64,000 bases of DNA from Eledone cirrhosa (taxonomy: Eukaryota): NCBI GenBank assembly GCA_964016885.1, contig OZ024740.1, positions 268,336,001 through 268,400,000 on the forward strand. Reading direction: 5' to 3'. Positions 41,901-55,660 of the stretch are shown one piece after another (positions within the stretch are counted from its first letter, which is position 1; each line of letters starts with the position of its first letter). The notes beneath the pieces were generated by a model. That model did not search any database. It saw only the letters and a program-made list of their open reading frames with translations, and had not been told where the DNA came from. The translations under genes were made by a program, and so were the position numbers.

Positions 41901-43379
41901 ACGTTTACTTTTATACGTCATGATAAATTACTAATAGTTTGTTTGTTAAAACCATACCCTCTTTTTACGCCGTTCATTTATCTTGCAAAAGCATAAATGG
42001 TCATGATTCCAGTTTCTAACACTTCTCACATTTCTGAGGTCTTGTGCATAAATCAGGAATCCACATGATGTTTGCAATACTCGTAGAGATATGACATAAT
42101 TATTTTGAGTGGTAATTACTTGTTACTCAAATAAGATTTTAAAGTAGAAAACTAAACAAAATTCTAATTCTGACTGTTGAATTAATGCAAAACAACTATT
42201 CACACACTAACAGCAACGAATTATATAACATTTGCTTAATTTAATGGGATTAAATTTTTTCTATGTGTATACACTGCTTTCAAACTATATGAACAATGCT
42301 TCATGTGCAGGTTGATTTTGGAACATTGTCAACTGAAAGGTGTTGTCAAACAAATGCAATGTAAACCTCGTAAAGAAATTATTTTTATGAAAGACAACAA
42401 AAGGTGAAGAAACTATAAGTAAGACCGACTTTTCAGCAATGTTTCACAGACACAAACCCACGCTGTATACACTTGTACTTTGGAAAGGTCAGTCTGTCGC
42501 GTATAATTCATTCTCACTTTCATTTTCTATATCTGCACAATTGCTCTGCTTCAAGATTATCTTATAAGCAACGAGCCAACCAAAGAATCTTTATATGGAT
42601 ATTCTACCTGCTGGATATAGTAGCCAAATACTAATCAGCTCAAACTACATCGTCTTAATGTGGTAGAGAGAAAATGCCTAATGTAGTTTCATGTATACTA
42701 ATTAGGAATACGAAATGGCCATGGCTGAAAGGCTTTTGATCGAATGTCTATTCTATCTGGGTTGACCTGAGGCTAAACGAAAACAACAACAATAACAATT
42801 TTAAAAGTTGTAAGCTTTTTGAAAACGCTATGGCAGAATAACAATTGTTAAAGTTTATTTTCAGAATGAAATGTATAGAACACAATGACATGCTAGTTTA
42901 AATCCCGAGAATATATAAACATTCGCCAATAACATTTTAATATGTAGTATAATTTTCAAAAAATACGTTGCATTACTTTGACATGGATTAGTCTAGTAAT
43001 GAGATCAATACTTCCGAAACGGTTGACTTGGCGTTTAATTCAAAAACCATTATTTTGACAACGACTGTTATCTTGTAACAAAATAAATTTCAATTGCTGA
43101 GTGGAACAAAACAGAAACGATTTAACTATCAGTGTGACGTTTCTTGAGGGCCGAATATATAGAAACGTTTTGTGAAGTTCTTTATATACATAGCGATTAT
43201 AGTCTTAGTGACATAAACCGATCCTCACGCACATAAAATCTCGATTGCAATTACAGACATGCATAAATATAAAGAGAAAATCTTGCACGCATATATCTGA
43301 ATACATACAAACATAAATTCCCGCATGTACATACATTTCCACGTGTGTACCTCACACGCACAGCCAATATAGACCAAAA

Positions 43380-43773
43380 GGCGGTGGATTGGCAGTATCG
43401 GTTGAGGGTCGGACGCCATGCTTTGACGCATAGAGTTATAGCCCTTTCCATTCTGAGTTCAAATCCCGCCAAGGTTAACTTTGCCTTTCATCCTTACGGG
43501 GTCGATAAAATAAAGTACCAGTAATGTACTGGGTAATTGCTGGCCTTGTGCCAAAGGTAGAAACAATTATTACATATATACGCAGTGGATTGGCAGTATC
43601 GGTAGAGGGTCGGACGCCATGCTTTGACGTATAGAGTTACGGCCCTTGCCATTTTGAGTTCAAATCCCGCCGAGGTTAACTTTGCCTTTCATCCTTACGG
43701 GGTCGATAAAATAAAGTACCAGTAATGCACTGGGTAATTGCTGGCCTTGTGCCAAAAAGTAGAAACAATCATT
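43380..43773 (+). mobile_element. Two tandem family-1 SINEs
   Basis: Consensus matches at 43380-43572 and 43585-43773. Confidence 0.92.
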
Positions 43774-44964
43774 ACATATAAACGCACACAATTAGCTATG
43801 AAGATACATACAAACACACGCGTCCTCATAGAAACACGTAATATGTACATATGAATCTATACATACTTTGATATACACGCATGAGCCCACATACAAACAG
43901 GCAATACTTATATATGAATTCATATAGGCACCTGCACACACAGAAGCACAAACGAATTGCGAGTGTATAATTTATACACAAATGTACATCACACATTGGC
44001 ACCCGCACAATCGAACGTCTAGAGACAAGTGAGAAAAATTGTTTGTGAAGAAAAGGTGGAAATGACGAGAGGGAGATTTGAAGGGGAGAGATATAGTCAG
44101 ATAGATAAATATATAGAGCGAGTGAGCGATAAGGAGAAGGAAAGTGAGAGATATATAGATATATAGATATATAGATAGAGACAGTGAGTGAGAGAGGGAG
44201 ATAAAGAAAGAGGAAGAGAGAAATATTAACGCGAAATTAAAATAGAGCAGAAAACAGTTTGATGTAACAAAACGCCATATTTCAACTGTTTTTCAGTGTT
44301 TTTTTTTCTTTCTCTCACTTCCACTTTAATACATCTTTTACCATCTAATTCCTTGAAGCCTCCTTATTTTACCTCCCGTGGTAGAGCGGTCAAGGAAATT
44401 TTGTTTAAGAATTATTTTGGGAAGTGATGGATTTGGATTTTTATGCCAAATTTTGTGAAGATTCGTTTTAAATTTTATTCATTTATGTTTTTATATTTTG
44501 TATATTTTATCATAGTAAAGTAGAAAATGAAAGTTCAACTATGAATGTAGGTAGGACTGTCTTATCATTATATTATAACCAGACTTTCCAATATGTTTAT
44601 TCTTTATGTTTACTCTAAGATCATAGTGAGTAGAAACTAGAACATCAGTGTTGAGTAGACAAGTGGCATATGTTTGGCAGGTACGCAGGAGTTTGAACGA
44701 AAAATAGATTTCAGTATTTTTAATATAAGGTTATTTGTAAAATCTAATCATTAATTCTAGTGGTTTTTCTGTTGCGTTGTATACTATTCGAAAAACAGAG
44801 GTGAATAAGACGATCGTTTTCTGTTTTCTTTTCTCTTATTTTTCCACCAAAATGTTTCATTGTAAAGCACAACTAAATATAGCTTTATTAATGTTCATCT
44901 ATGTGGGCCAAATTTAAACTGAAACCCTTTATTTGTTTAAGCATATATTCAAAGGGAAAATAAT

Positions 44965-46680
44965 GTGCATACATACATACATACATACATGGTGGCTGCC
45001 AACTCGTTTTTGAGTACGGCCACTACTTTATATCCATGTAGGAGAACCGCTACCGATGAGCTGAACGAGTGTGACTTTTTAGTTCAGCCAGCGACTTGAA
45101 AACTCTGATACAAACACTACACTTGTGACAATTATTGACACAAAGTGCTGGGCCCATGGTACCATGTGACGAGAAGTGCAGAGAGATCTCCAGATATAAA
45201 GCAATGCCTGTGCCGTGAAGCTTTTATAGTGAGCAAAGGCACTGCACAGAGCCAGTGCCATTCTTTTAACCAAGATGATATTTACCAAAAAGAAGAACAA
45301 GTCAACATCATTGGATACCATCAGGGTTGCAGGTGTTATATCAGAGTTTTCCTTCTCCCAGAATTCTGCCTTGACAAAGGCTAAGGGGTCATCATACATA
45401 CATACATACATACATACATACATACATACATACATACATACATACATACATACATACATACATACATACATGATGGCTGCCCCCTCGGTATCGAGTATGA
45501 CCATTGCACGATATACCATTTTAATAATTATCAATTAATGCTATCGTGCAATGCCTGTGCGTGAAGATTTTTTTAAAGTGAGGAAAGACTGTGCTCTGAG
45601 CCAATCCGACCCTCTGAGCGACAGTAGCTATAACCCAAGAAGAAGAGAAGATCAACATCATTGGTAACTATTGAGCCGCATATTTTATGTCGGAGTTAAC
45701 CCAGTTTCCTGAACTGCCTTCTCCTAGAAGAATGCCCTGACAAAGGCTTGGGTTCCTTCACTCCCAGTGGTTTAACCGCGCGATCGGGTATCCAGCCCGA
45801 TTATTTCTATATCCCAGCGCATATACATACATATGCATACATATATATACATATATATACATACATACATACACATGCATACATGTATATACATATTTAC
45901 ACATTTTTGGATGGCTGTTGACTCTTATAAGTTCTTCCGCCCTTTGTCAGGTTTTGTTTTTGTCCTGCAAGGTATCCAAATTCACCCTCCCCACCAAGTA
46001 AACATACATACATACATACATACATATATTATGGCTGTATCTCGGTTTCGAGAATTGCCATCACTTGATCTTTTTTCATATACATGGTTTGCACGAGTAT
46101 AACTGTTTAGACCTTCCGGGGGCTTAGATTCCTTTCTGCATATGCAACAGCGAAAGGAAAAAAACGAAATGGCTATGCTCATTCATCACATGTGAAAGTC
46201 ATTTAGATCAAGTGATACCTGTGCTTGAAGCTTTTGTAAGTGAAGAAAGGCCTTGTACTGGAACAAGCCCACTCTCTCAACAAAGCTTTACAGGTATCCA
46301 AAAATAATTGTTTCTACTTTTTGGCACAAGGCCAAGTATCCAAAAATAATAACAGGTCAACATCATTGGCTTCCATCGCGTCGCAGGTTTTACATCGGAG
46401 TTTTTCTTCTCCTAGAATGATGTCCTACCAACAACTAAGGGTTTCTCACTCCCGGTGGGATAACCGCACGCTCGGGCACAATACATAATTACATACATAT
46501 ATGATAGCTGCAAACTCTGCTAAGAGTATTGCAATCGCTTGTCAGATTATAGAGTTTGGTGCACTTTTAGGCTACGGCCAGCCACACGAACCTGTAACAT
46601 ATCTTGAACAAGCAATGCCTATGCTTTGAAGGTTTTTTAAGTGGGGAAAGGCCTTCCACTCGACCAATCCCACTCTCTTG
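44965..46680 (-). mobile_element. Array of about 4 diverged copies of the 6830-7267 repeat family separated by (TACA)n
   Basis: Each copy starts after (TACA)n with (A/G)TGGCTG (TGATAGCTG in the last). Shared GCAATGCCTGTGC..GAAG..TTTT..AGTG and TCAACATCATTGG motifs. Confidence 0.7.
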
Positions 46681-47455
46681 ACCTGGTTACAACGTTCTCA
46701 AAGGATATAGGAATGGAGTTTGGCCAAGATAAATGCTCATACATGACTGTAAAGCAGGGAAAAACAACAACCCAATCTAGCAACATTGTCATCATTGGCC
46801 TAACTGTTTCACCGATATCTGATGAGGACTGCTACAGATACCTGGGGATAGATGAGAACATATCCTATAATGGTATCTGTAATAAGGAACGCGCAACCAG
46901 GGAATACAACACCCGATTAAGAAAGATTTGGTCATCGGAACACTCTGCGCAAAACAAAACAGTGACTCACAATGTGTTTGCTGTGCCTGTCCTAACACCA
47001 ACGTTTGGAATACTCAATTGGACGATAGACGAAATCCGAGCAGTTGATGTTGGAACTCGAAAAATACTAAAGAACACCGGAAACTTCCACATCAACAGTG
47101 ACATAGACCGCCTTTACTTGAAACGTAAGCAGGGAGGCAGGGGCCTAACATCAGTCCAGATAGTATTTGAATGTCGCATCATATCTCTCCGACAACATTT
47201 ACGAACCTCGAAGCGTAGGAGCCCGTCTCTCGAGCAAGTCTATCTGCATGAAACAGATAAGATTATGAGAGTTAGGAAGGAACTCCTCGAGAGATATTCC
47301 CTGTGTGATAATCAAAACCTCACCCCAGGGAAGTCGCTCAGCAGTATCGCAGTGAATCCATGGATGAAAAACTGCATGCTTATCAGCAAAAAATCATGCA
47401 TTGATATGTTGCCAGGAAGCTCCAGAGTGAGAGTAATATAGATAAGGAAAGTAGT
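46680..47455 (+). pseudogene. RT C-terminal fragment of an RLE-type non-LTR retrotransposon (R4/Dong-like)
   Basis: FSKDIGMEFGQDKC, YRYLGI, NVFAVPVL...FG..NWT..EI..VD..TRKIL, HINSDIDRLYLKRKQGGRGL. Confidence 0.85.
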
Positions 47456-48156
47456 CAGATTATTGGGGCACTGGAATATGTTAGTAACTGTCTCAGTACA
47501 AATATTTAGACGCTGGGCTTCACAGAACCAGAAGACTAGTTAGGAAATTACAAGTACAATCCATTAATGGAACAGTAAAAATATGTAAAACATTCCAAAA
47601 TTCTGCATCTAATAACTGCATGTACACATGTACAGATCAAAGCATATAGACCTGCACACTTATAACTCAAAACATACATATCCACACATACAATAACATC
47701 CATACCTGCACACACATGCATGTATGCAGACATGCATTCATATCTACCTAGTTGATGTTGTCTAAATTCCAATGAAGAGCCTTGTGTCTATGTTAGAATC
47801 CGACACTCGCTCTATTGGTAAATATTTATAAAATTATTAAACCAGAAGAACATATATGTTCCAGTTGTTTGACAATCAAAACAGCCTGCATGTGAAATCA
47901 ACATACAAGTGGCTGAATATTCGGTAGACACATGCTCCCTTGACAACGTGGACAGTGTATAACTATATAACTATACTGGTATTTTTAAATACAAGGACAA
48001 CATATTTTTGCAATATAACTGGATTGGATTAAGGTGAAATAAAGTGTCTTGCACAAGGATACGACGTGTAACTGGGAATCGAATTGAAGACCTTGCGATG
48101 GTAAGCTGAATCTTTAACTATTGAAACTCAGGCCTTCACTGTATGCATACATATAG

Positions 48157-48340
48157 TCAATCGGCTTTCGTCAAACCGGACCGAGGAAACAATGTTTCCA
48201 TTGGTCTTTCTAATTGCTAATACTATCTATCGGTCGCAACTCCAGGTAGAAGGAGCAATGTGAAATAAAGTGTCTTGCTCAAGGACATAACGCATTGCCC
48301 GGTCCGAGAATCAAACTCACAACCTCACGATTGCGAATGC
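48157..48340 (-). mobile_element. Family-2 SINE with hairpin-rich 3' domain
   Basis: Reverse complement of 32252-32460. Confidence 0.82.
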
Positions 48341-49051
48341 ACCACTGCTAAACACATACATACATATATGCGTATTAATTTACGCGTGTATATATACATA
48401 GGTGAAAAGGTGTTATGCAAATATCGACTGGTTAAAAACATGCATCTGTACCAAACAAGTATACTTAAAAAAGCCATATATTTAATATTCCAGTAAAGTC
48501 TCTTCGTCGTATATTTCATCGCTCATTCACGATCATCTCGTGTAAATAGACGCCTGAAGGCAAAACTGATTTTAAAATTATTTGTGTGTGAGTCAGTGCA
48601 CATGTATGTCTATGCATCTGTGTGCATATATGTGTGTATATATGTGAGTGCGTGTATGCATGCATATACATGCGTGTGTATGTGTATGCGCGTGCTTGTA
48701 TATGTGTGCGTGTGTTTGTGAATATGTCTGTGTGTATTTACGCTCTACACTAGCACCTGTTATTGACAACGTGGAGTTAATTAGCTCAAAGCTGTAATGT
48801 CATAATGACATTGTTGTTTGCAAGGAAGCAAAATGTATGAGCTATCAACGTTATAGAAAACATGATAAAAACGGTAAACGTAACATAACACACTATATAG
48901 GATAAAAAGTGTTTATTCAACTTATATTCAAATCAGATCCATTAAATAATTTATCAATTTCATTCATATTCTGAGAGCAAAATGATAAAATTTAAATAAT
49001 GTCATAACAATTCCATGCGGAAGTTAAAATAGAATTTACGAAAAGTCAAAG

Positions 49052-49128
<77 letters not shown>

Positions 49129-49208
49129 AGGAGTTGACGGACCCAGCATATTTATCAATGCCAGTACCGGTTGTATCTCGGCGTACTCCATGGGCAATAT
49201 ATATATAT

Positions 49209-49459
49209 ATATTATAATGAAATGATAGGAGGCTGGATTTGTGTAAATCCTTGAAAGGTTTATTATACTATGATCATTTCAATGACCGGGTTGTAATAAT
49301 ATAGAGAGTACTCAACGTGTATAATAAACCTTTCAAGGATTTACACAAATCCAGCCTCCTGTCATTTCATTATAATATTTAACTCCGTAATAGCACCACC
49401 AACTACAAAAACAAAGACGGTTGAACTGCTTTACGTTGAGTACTCTCTATATTATTACA
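49209..49459. mobile_element. Cassette with two interleaved inverted repeats and a hammerhead 3' half
   Basis: Inverted pairs 49209-49268/49319-49378 and 49292-49318/49433-49459. The minus strand reads GAAA-TGATCA-TA-GTATAATA at about 49261-49280. Confidence 0.7.
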
Positions 49460-49696
49460 TTACGATTGACCATACGGAATAGACGAGCTCTATACAATGG
49501 TGAACCACAAACCTGAATATATATATATATATTTAATTTGGTATCCCTGAAATATGTATAATGAAATAAATATGGTTTTATAAATATAGTTTCCATTTAT
49601 TAATATCGTATATCTACTCCAAATACTTGTCGAGTGCTTTATATCAGTTATAAAAATATTTACTTGTTGTATCCCAACAATTTTAAATAGAACTTT

Positions 49697-49752
<56 letters not shown>

Positions 49753-49755
<3 letters not shown>

Positions 49756-49924
49756 CGAAGGAGTTGTGGTAAGGAACCAGATGGACCATAACGCACCAGA
49801 GTACCTAATACTTAGAGTAGCAGAGTGGGTAATAGGAAAAAGTATCGACGGCTATTTCTGGAATAGTTGTCCAGAAATAGCCGTCGAAACGGCTTGAGCT
49901 CTGCCGTCGGGGTCATACTTTTTC

Positions 49925-49927
<3 letters not shown>
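49753..49927 (-). mobile_element. Fold-back cassette of the 23613/37067 family
   Basis: TCGACGGCTATTTCTGGA-ATAGTTG-TCCAGAAATAGCCGTCGA, with outer ATAGGAAAAAGTAT/ATACTTTTTCCTAT. Confidence 0.85.
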
Positions 49928-49957
<30 letters not shown>

Positions 49958-50005
49958 CATATATATATATATTATATATATATACATATATATATATTAT
50001 ATATA

Positions 50006-50127
<122 letters not shown>

Positions 50128-51662
50128 AAACACATATATCTGTGACTTTGTTTAATTGGTGTATATGTAAATATTTATATTTAATAATCTCCTATAAGGT
50201 TGAGATGCAATTTGGGCGATATTGGGCTGCGCTTTCTAGCAACCTACCCACTCGCCATAAGCAACCAATCACACTCTTTCTGACTTGGCCACTGCCACGT
50301 CACAGTTCTCAGCCATTTTAAATTCGTGTTTGGCGGGGGCCACTTCAGAAAATAATCTGTACTAACGAGTTTGTCCCCTGAAGAGTTCGAAACTCGAGAT
50401 TTATCCTTAATAGGATATCTCAAAATGAGAACGAAACCCATGGGTTGGGATTTAGGGATTTAATCCTGGTATGTATATAAGCATTTCTAACTTTAATTTT
50501 ATACCAATTGTGTATGGTTGACCGTATATTTAATTAATTTCCACGTGCTGTTGAAATGTTGGGTAAATATTCTATAGCGGTTGGCCGCGAAGACGCTGCT
50601 AACGTTTATTTATTTACTGTTTCTTCATAGGTGCCTTTTAATCTTATAGCCTGGTCTAATTGATTTTTTGCGTGGTTAATTATGCTAATTGGGAGAAGAA
50701 ATGATGTATATATATTATCAAATGATTCTATGGACATGCTTTACTTTATAGCATATATATATATATATATATCATTATCTATAAAAGGCAGATTTTTGTG
50801 TCTGTATGTATGTTTCAATTTTATACATTTACACAATTCCAAAAATATTGAATGAATAATTAAGCAGAATGTTTACAAATTTTCCAACTTGGTTCATGGG
50901 CGAACTTATTGGGTAAAAAATGCCACAATTACGGAAAAATCGATTTATTTCAACAATCGATGATTTCTCCTCTCTCATATGATATACGTTTCCTATATCT
51001 ACTCCCTTCATCACCTCCCCTTAAAATTGCTACCTTCTCTTATAAGTGTTTGTGAAAAAGAGAAACATTGAAAAGGGTGCATACACACACATATATGTTG
51101 GTATGGTTACGATTGACGTCATAGAAACAGGAACGCGGGAATTTCAATCAATCAACGCATACACAGTTTGTTTTAGAAATAACAATAGCATATAAATAGA
51201 TAAAGAGGGATATAATGATAAAGAGGGAGAGAGAAACAAACAGACACACTAAAAGACGGATATATGTGTGTGTGTTTGTATTAGCGCGTTCAAACTCCAT
51301 TTCGAAGCTGACTTTCATTTACTAAACTAAGTTTTTCAATCGGCCTTACACTTTCAAACTATATTTTTCTGTATAAGTAACTTTAACCCTTTATTTTCGA
51401 CATAAAAATACACACATACATACAAAGACCTGTAAAGTTTTTTTGTGGCCTTTCTTATCAATCTTTTTACATTCAATTATCAGCCTTATACTTTCAAAGT
51501 CAATGTTTATGTTGAAGTAACTTTCACCCTTTATTTTTCGATACCCATTTACTTACTAACATTTGTATCACAACAACAATAACAATATTCATAAACAGAC
51601 AGTAGACTTTCAAAGTCAATTTTTCTGTAGAAGTAACTTTCACCCTTTCTTTTGGACGTAAA

Positions 51663-52390
51663 ATGCCACCTAAAAAGAGAAGTCGCCTCAGTCGACATAC
51701 CGCGTCAGCAGTGGCGCAAAAGGCTACTATAGCAAACGAGTCCTCTGAGGAAAATGCTTCAAGACTTTCACAGACAGCCTTACGTTCAGCAGAATGTCGA
51801 GCCGCTGAAAGTTTCCAACAACGCACCGCACGCCTAGCCAAAATGGCTTCATACCAGGCTTCTTCCAGGGCTTCAGAGAGCCGTGAACAAAGGTCGAAGC
51901 GCCTGGCTAGAAACGATGCGACTAATGCTGCTTACAGGTCTTTGGAACGTTTAAAACAACGGACGGCTTGCCTTCCTACGAACGCTGCGGCTATGACTAC
52001 TTCCATGGCTTCTGAAGATGCAAACGGGCGGTCCATTAGCATTGCAAATGTTGCTTCTGCTATTGCTGCCAGACCTTCCCACCAACCACACGACCAATGT
52101 TCTACGTTCTAGCGTAACAGTCGACGGCGAGAAGCTGCACGCGGTGTGACGAACCCCAACAGCCCTTAGTGGCACCTACGGGCTTTCAAGTATGAGCAAA
52201 ACGTTAATTACTCGATGCGCTCTGACATAAATATAGGCGAGATGCGCTTCAATTGCCAATTCTGCAATGCTACAAAGTGGGCTGGAGAGCCACCTGCAAT
52301 GTGCTGCTTAAACGGTAAGGTCACCTTGCCCCCTCTTACGGAACCGCCAGAGCCTTTGAAGGAACTACTGAGTGGTTATACCTCAAGGTC
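51663..52390 (+). pseudogene. Helitron RepHel N-terminal repeats and Zn finger
   Basis: MPPKKRSRL, repeated ES.E(Q/N)R..RL motifs, CQFCNATKWAGEPPAMCCLNGKVTLPPL.EPPEPLKELL. Confidence 0.85.
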
Positions 52391-52438
52391 AAAAAAAAAA
52401 AACCTGATTCCCCCCCCCCCCCCCCCCCCTAAAAAAAC

Positions 52439-53700
52439 GCTCCTGGGGGTACCGGAAAAACTTTTGTAACGAATTTGATTCTCGCTAAGATTCGTCAGGA
52501 GAAAAAAGTTGCGTTGTCCGTTGCATCGTCCGGGATCGCTGCTACTTTGCTGCCGGGAGGCTGGACAGCACATTCAACCTTTAAACTCCCTTTGGATTTA
52601 GTAAAAACTGAGACACCAACATGCAATATCAGCAAGAGTTCACACAAAGCTCTGGTTCTCAAAAGATGTTGCCTCATTGTTTGGGATGAGTGCACAATGG
52701 CACACAAGGGTGCCCTTGATGCATTGGACAAGGCCCGGAAAGACATTAGGGATTCTACGGCTCCTATGGGTGGCGTAACCCTTCTGCTATCAGGGGATTT
52801 TCGGAAAACGCTGCCTGTTATCCCCAAATGGACAAGAGCTGATGAAGTGCGTGCCTGTCTTAAGTCGTCCATGTTGTGGCTCCAGGTGAATAGTTTGTAC
52901 CTGAGCACAAATATGCGTGCTCATTTGCATGGTGACAACATGTCTGCAGCACAGAACATTTTAGCACTTGGTGAGGGCAAGATCCCTGCGGGTGACAAGG
53001 GCGGCATAGCAATCGACACCCTGTGCAACATTGTCAGCAGCCCTTCTGACCTTTGGGAAGCAGGTTTTCCTAATGTCTCATCTAACTTTAAAAACCTCGA
53101 TTGGCTCAGCGAAAGAGCCATCTTTGCTCCGAAAAATACCATGGTTAATTTTATTAACGAGCAGCTGATTGAGAAGATTCCCGGTAAAGAGCACATCTTC
53201 AAATCAGACCCCGACGATATCGTTAATTATCCAGTTGAGTTATTAAATCTCCTTGAGCCCCCAGGGCTCCCACCTCACATTATTAAGCTTAGGGTTGGCT
53301 GTCCCATTATGCTAATAAGGAACTTGCGTCCACCGAAGCAGTGCAACGGTACTCGCATGGTCGTCAAGTCACTGACATCCACTTGATTGAGGCCACCATT
53401 GTAACGGGGTGCGGAAGAGGGGAGAATGTTTTCATTCCAAGGATGAACCTTTTCCCCTCGGCGTCAGATATCCCGTTCGATTTCCGGCGATCCCAATTCC
53501 CGGTGAGACCATGTTTTGCCATGTCCATTAACAAGTCACAAGGGCAAACATTGTCGGTGGCGGGCATCCATTTGGGGGAGCCATGCTTCTCCCATGGCCA
53601 ACTTTATGTTGCCTGTTCCCGCGCAGGGAGCAGGAATGGACTTTTTGCTTACTCTCCTCAAGAGATGACACGCAATATCGTCTACAAAGAGGTGCTATAG
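52439..53700 (+). pseudogene. Helitron PIF1-like SF1 helicase domain (frameshift near 53345-53385)
   Basis: APGGTGKTF (Walker A), ASSGIAATLLPGG.TAHS.FKLP, LIVWDECTM, LLSGDFR.TLPV, PGLPPH..KLRVGCPIMLIRNL, QFPVRPCFAMSINKSQGQTL, FSHGQLYVACSR, TRNIVYKEVL. Confidence 0.95.
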
Positions 53701-54013
53701 AAGTTGGTGCAGGTGTTGAAGCTATGTCGTCTGGAACACTATTTCCTGGTAGGGTATCCCATGGCGGACAGATCTGACACCCAGCGGCATCAGGGCCACC
53801 ATCTTGCAACTTTGGTCTACTAAATTCGCTATTGGAAGATTATTAACCCATCATTGATTGACCAAAATGCTAATTGGTTCGTAACTTTTAATAACCGGTT
53901 CAACTGCTTTATGCACTTAATTGATAAGCTTATTCGCTTTCAAACCACGTTTACCTGTATGTAACTTTTCATAGCAAATGAACAAACCCGAGCAACGCCG
54001 GGCAAAACTGCTA

Positions 54014-54061
<48 letters not shown>

Positions 54062-54810
54062 AAAGAGAGAGTACTCAATACCGGAGTAGAGTTTTAATAT
54101 TCATTTTATTAAGGCTAATTAGGGAGTTTTGTTTCTGTCGAGTTTCGTCTGTTTGTCACAGGCTCGTCAAACAACTTTCTTGTCAGATGATACTATATAT
54201 ATATATATGCGTGTGTGTACGTGTGTGTGTGCAGGAAAAAGAAGTTGAAACTACATTTGCGTCTTTAAGCTCTATTTTCAATACTTATAACGTTTGAATA
54301 TCATGGAACTTGTGAAAGCAGCAAGGTGATAAACTACTTAAAGACTCCAAATGATTTATCAACTTCTCTTTCCGATACTTTACCATGTTGGATATATTAA
54401 TAAAAACACCTTACTTACGAATAAATAAATATATAAATATATATATATATACATAATATTAAGGATACTATTTATGGTTATGTATATACTAAAACTTTTT
54501 ATAGTTGTGTATATTTTAAACCCTAAACAGTGAAGGTCAGTAATTTATTACTACCTTAGTACCAGTAAGATAAATAGCTCAATGTAATAACATCAGTTGT
54601 TCTACAGAGCAGTTATATAGAATTCACAAGAATCAAAGCTATGTTCAAAGCATTTATTCACTTACAATTGTTTCATCCAAACCTAGTCTTCGGAGCATTT
54701 TTCAATGTTTGTACACATAATTGACCTCCTTTCCAACGCAAGAGACATACAGATACATATATATATTGATGTACAGTGGAGTGACATATATTATACTATA
54801 TTATTTCTGT

Positions 54811-54906
54811 CGAGGTTAACTTTGCCTTTCATCCTTACAGGCTCGATAAAATAAAGTACCAGTAATGCACTGGGTAATTGCTGGCCTTGTGCCAAAAGTA
54901 GAAACA
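54811..54906 (+). mobile_element. 5'-truncated family-1 SINE with 11-bp TSD
   Basis: ATTATTTCTGT at 54800-54810 and 54907-54917. Absent from the opposite palindrome arm. Confidence 0.9.
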
Positions 54907-55205
54907 ATTATTTCTGTATAGCAATTCAAATTCAAAATCAAATCAAATTTAAAATTAAAACAAAATTAAAACAAAATTAAAATACATTCGGCAGTTAACA
55001 CAGATAACGTTAACTGCCGAATGTATTTTAATTTTGTTTTAATTTTGTTTTACTGTTAATTTTGATTTGATTTTGAATTTGAATTGCTATACAGAAATAA
55101 TGTAATATAATATATGTCACTCCACTGTACATCAATATATACATATGTATCTGTATGTCTCTTGCGTTGGAAAGGAGGTCAATTATGTGTACAAACATTT
55201 GAAAA

Positions 55206-55252
55206 TGCTCCGAAGAAATCAAGCCTAGGTTTGGATGAAACAATTGTAAGTG
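55206..55252 (+). ncRNA. Minimal hammerhead motif (C4 variant)
   Basis: TGCT-CCGAAGA-AATCAAGCCTAGGTTTGGAT-GAAA-CAATTG-TA-AGTG. Confidence 0.62.
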
Positions 55253-55366
55253 AATAAATGCTTTGAACATAGCTTTGATTCTTGTGAATTCTATATATAT
55301 ATATACATATATATATCTGTAAAACTATATATACATATATATTTATCTATAAAACTGTTTATATTG

Positions 55367-55432
55367 TATTTTGTCTGAGGAAGGCATAGCATATTGTTAA
55401 TATGATATCCCTGAAATATATATAATGAAATA
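55367..55432 (+). ncRNA. Minimal type I hammerhead ribozyme
   Basis: TATTTTGT-CTGAGGA-AGGCATAGCATATT/GTT/AATATGATATCCCT-GAAA-TATATA-TA-ATGAAATA. Same family as 34974. Confidence 0.8.
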
Positions 55433-55475
55433 AATATGGTTTTATAAATATAGTTTCCATTTATTTAATATTATA

Positions 55476-55660
<185 letters not shown>

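Larger units (their letters stand above)
50772..54014 (+). mobile_element. Helitron, internally deleted, both termini intact
   Basis: 5' A|TC (50771/50772), 3' hairpin CCCGAGCAACGCCGGG then CTAG|T (54011-54014). Inserted in (AT)n. Contains RepHel remnants. Confidence 0.92.
54615..55296. mobile_element. Large fold-back cassette (loop 55000-55008) with hammerhead
   Basis: Arms are reverse complementary with several substitutions and indels. The left arm carries a SINE insertion. Confidence 0.88.

Noticed and set aside
52475-53700. Host PIF1 helicase gene
   Set aside because: Intronless, frameshifted and enclosed by Helitron termini.
54128-54172. Minus-strand hammerhead-like TTGACGA...GAAAC (related TTGATGA copy at about 60603-60653)
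   Set aside because: Stems I and III and the cleavage site do not fold convincingly. Probably decayed members, not counted.
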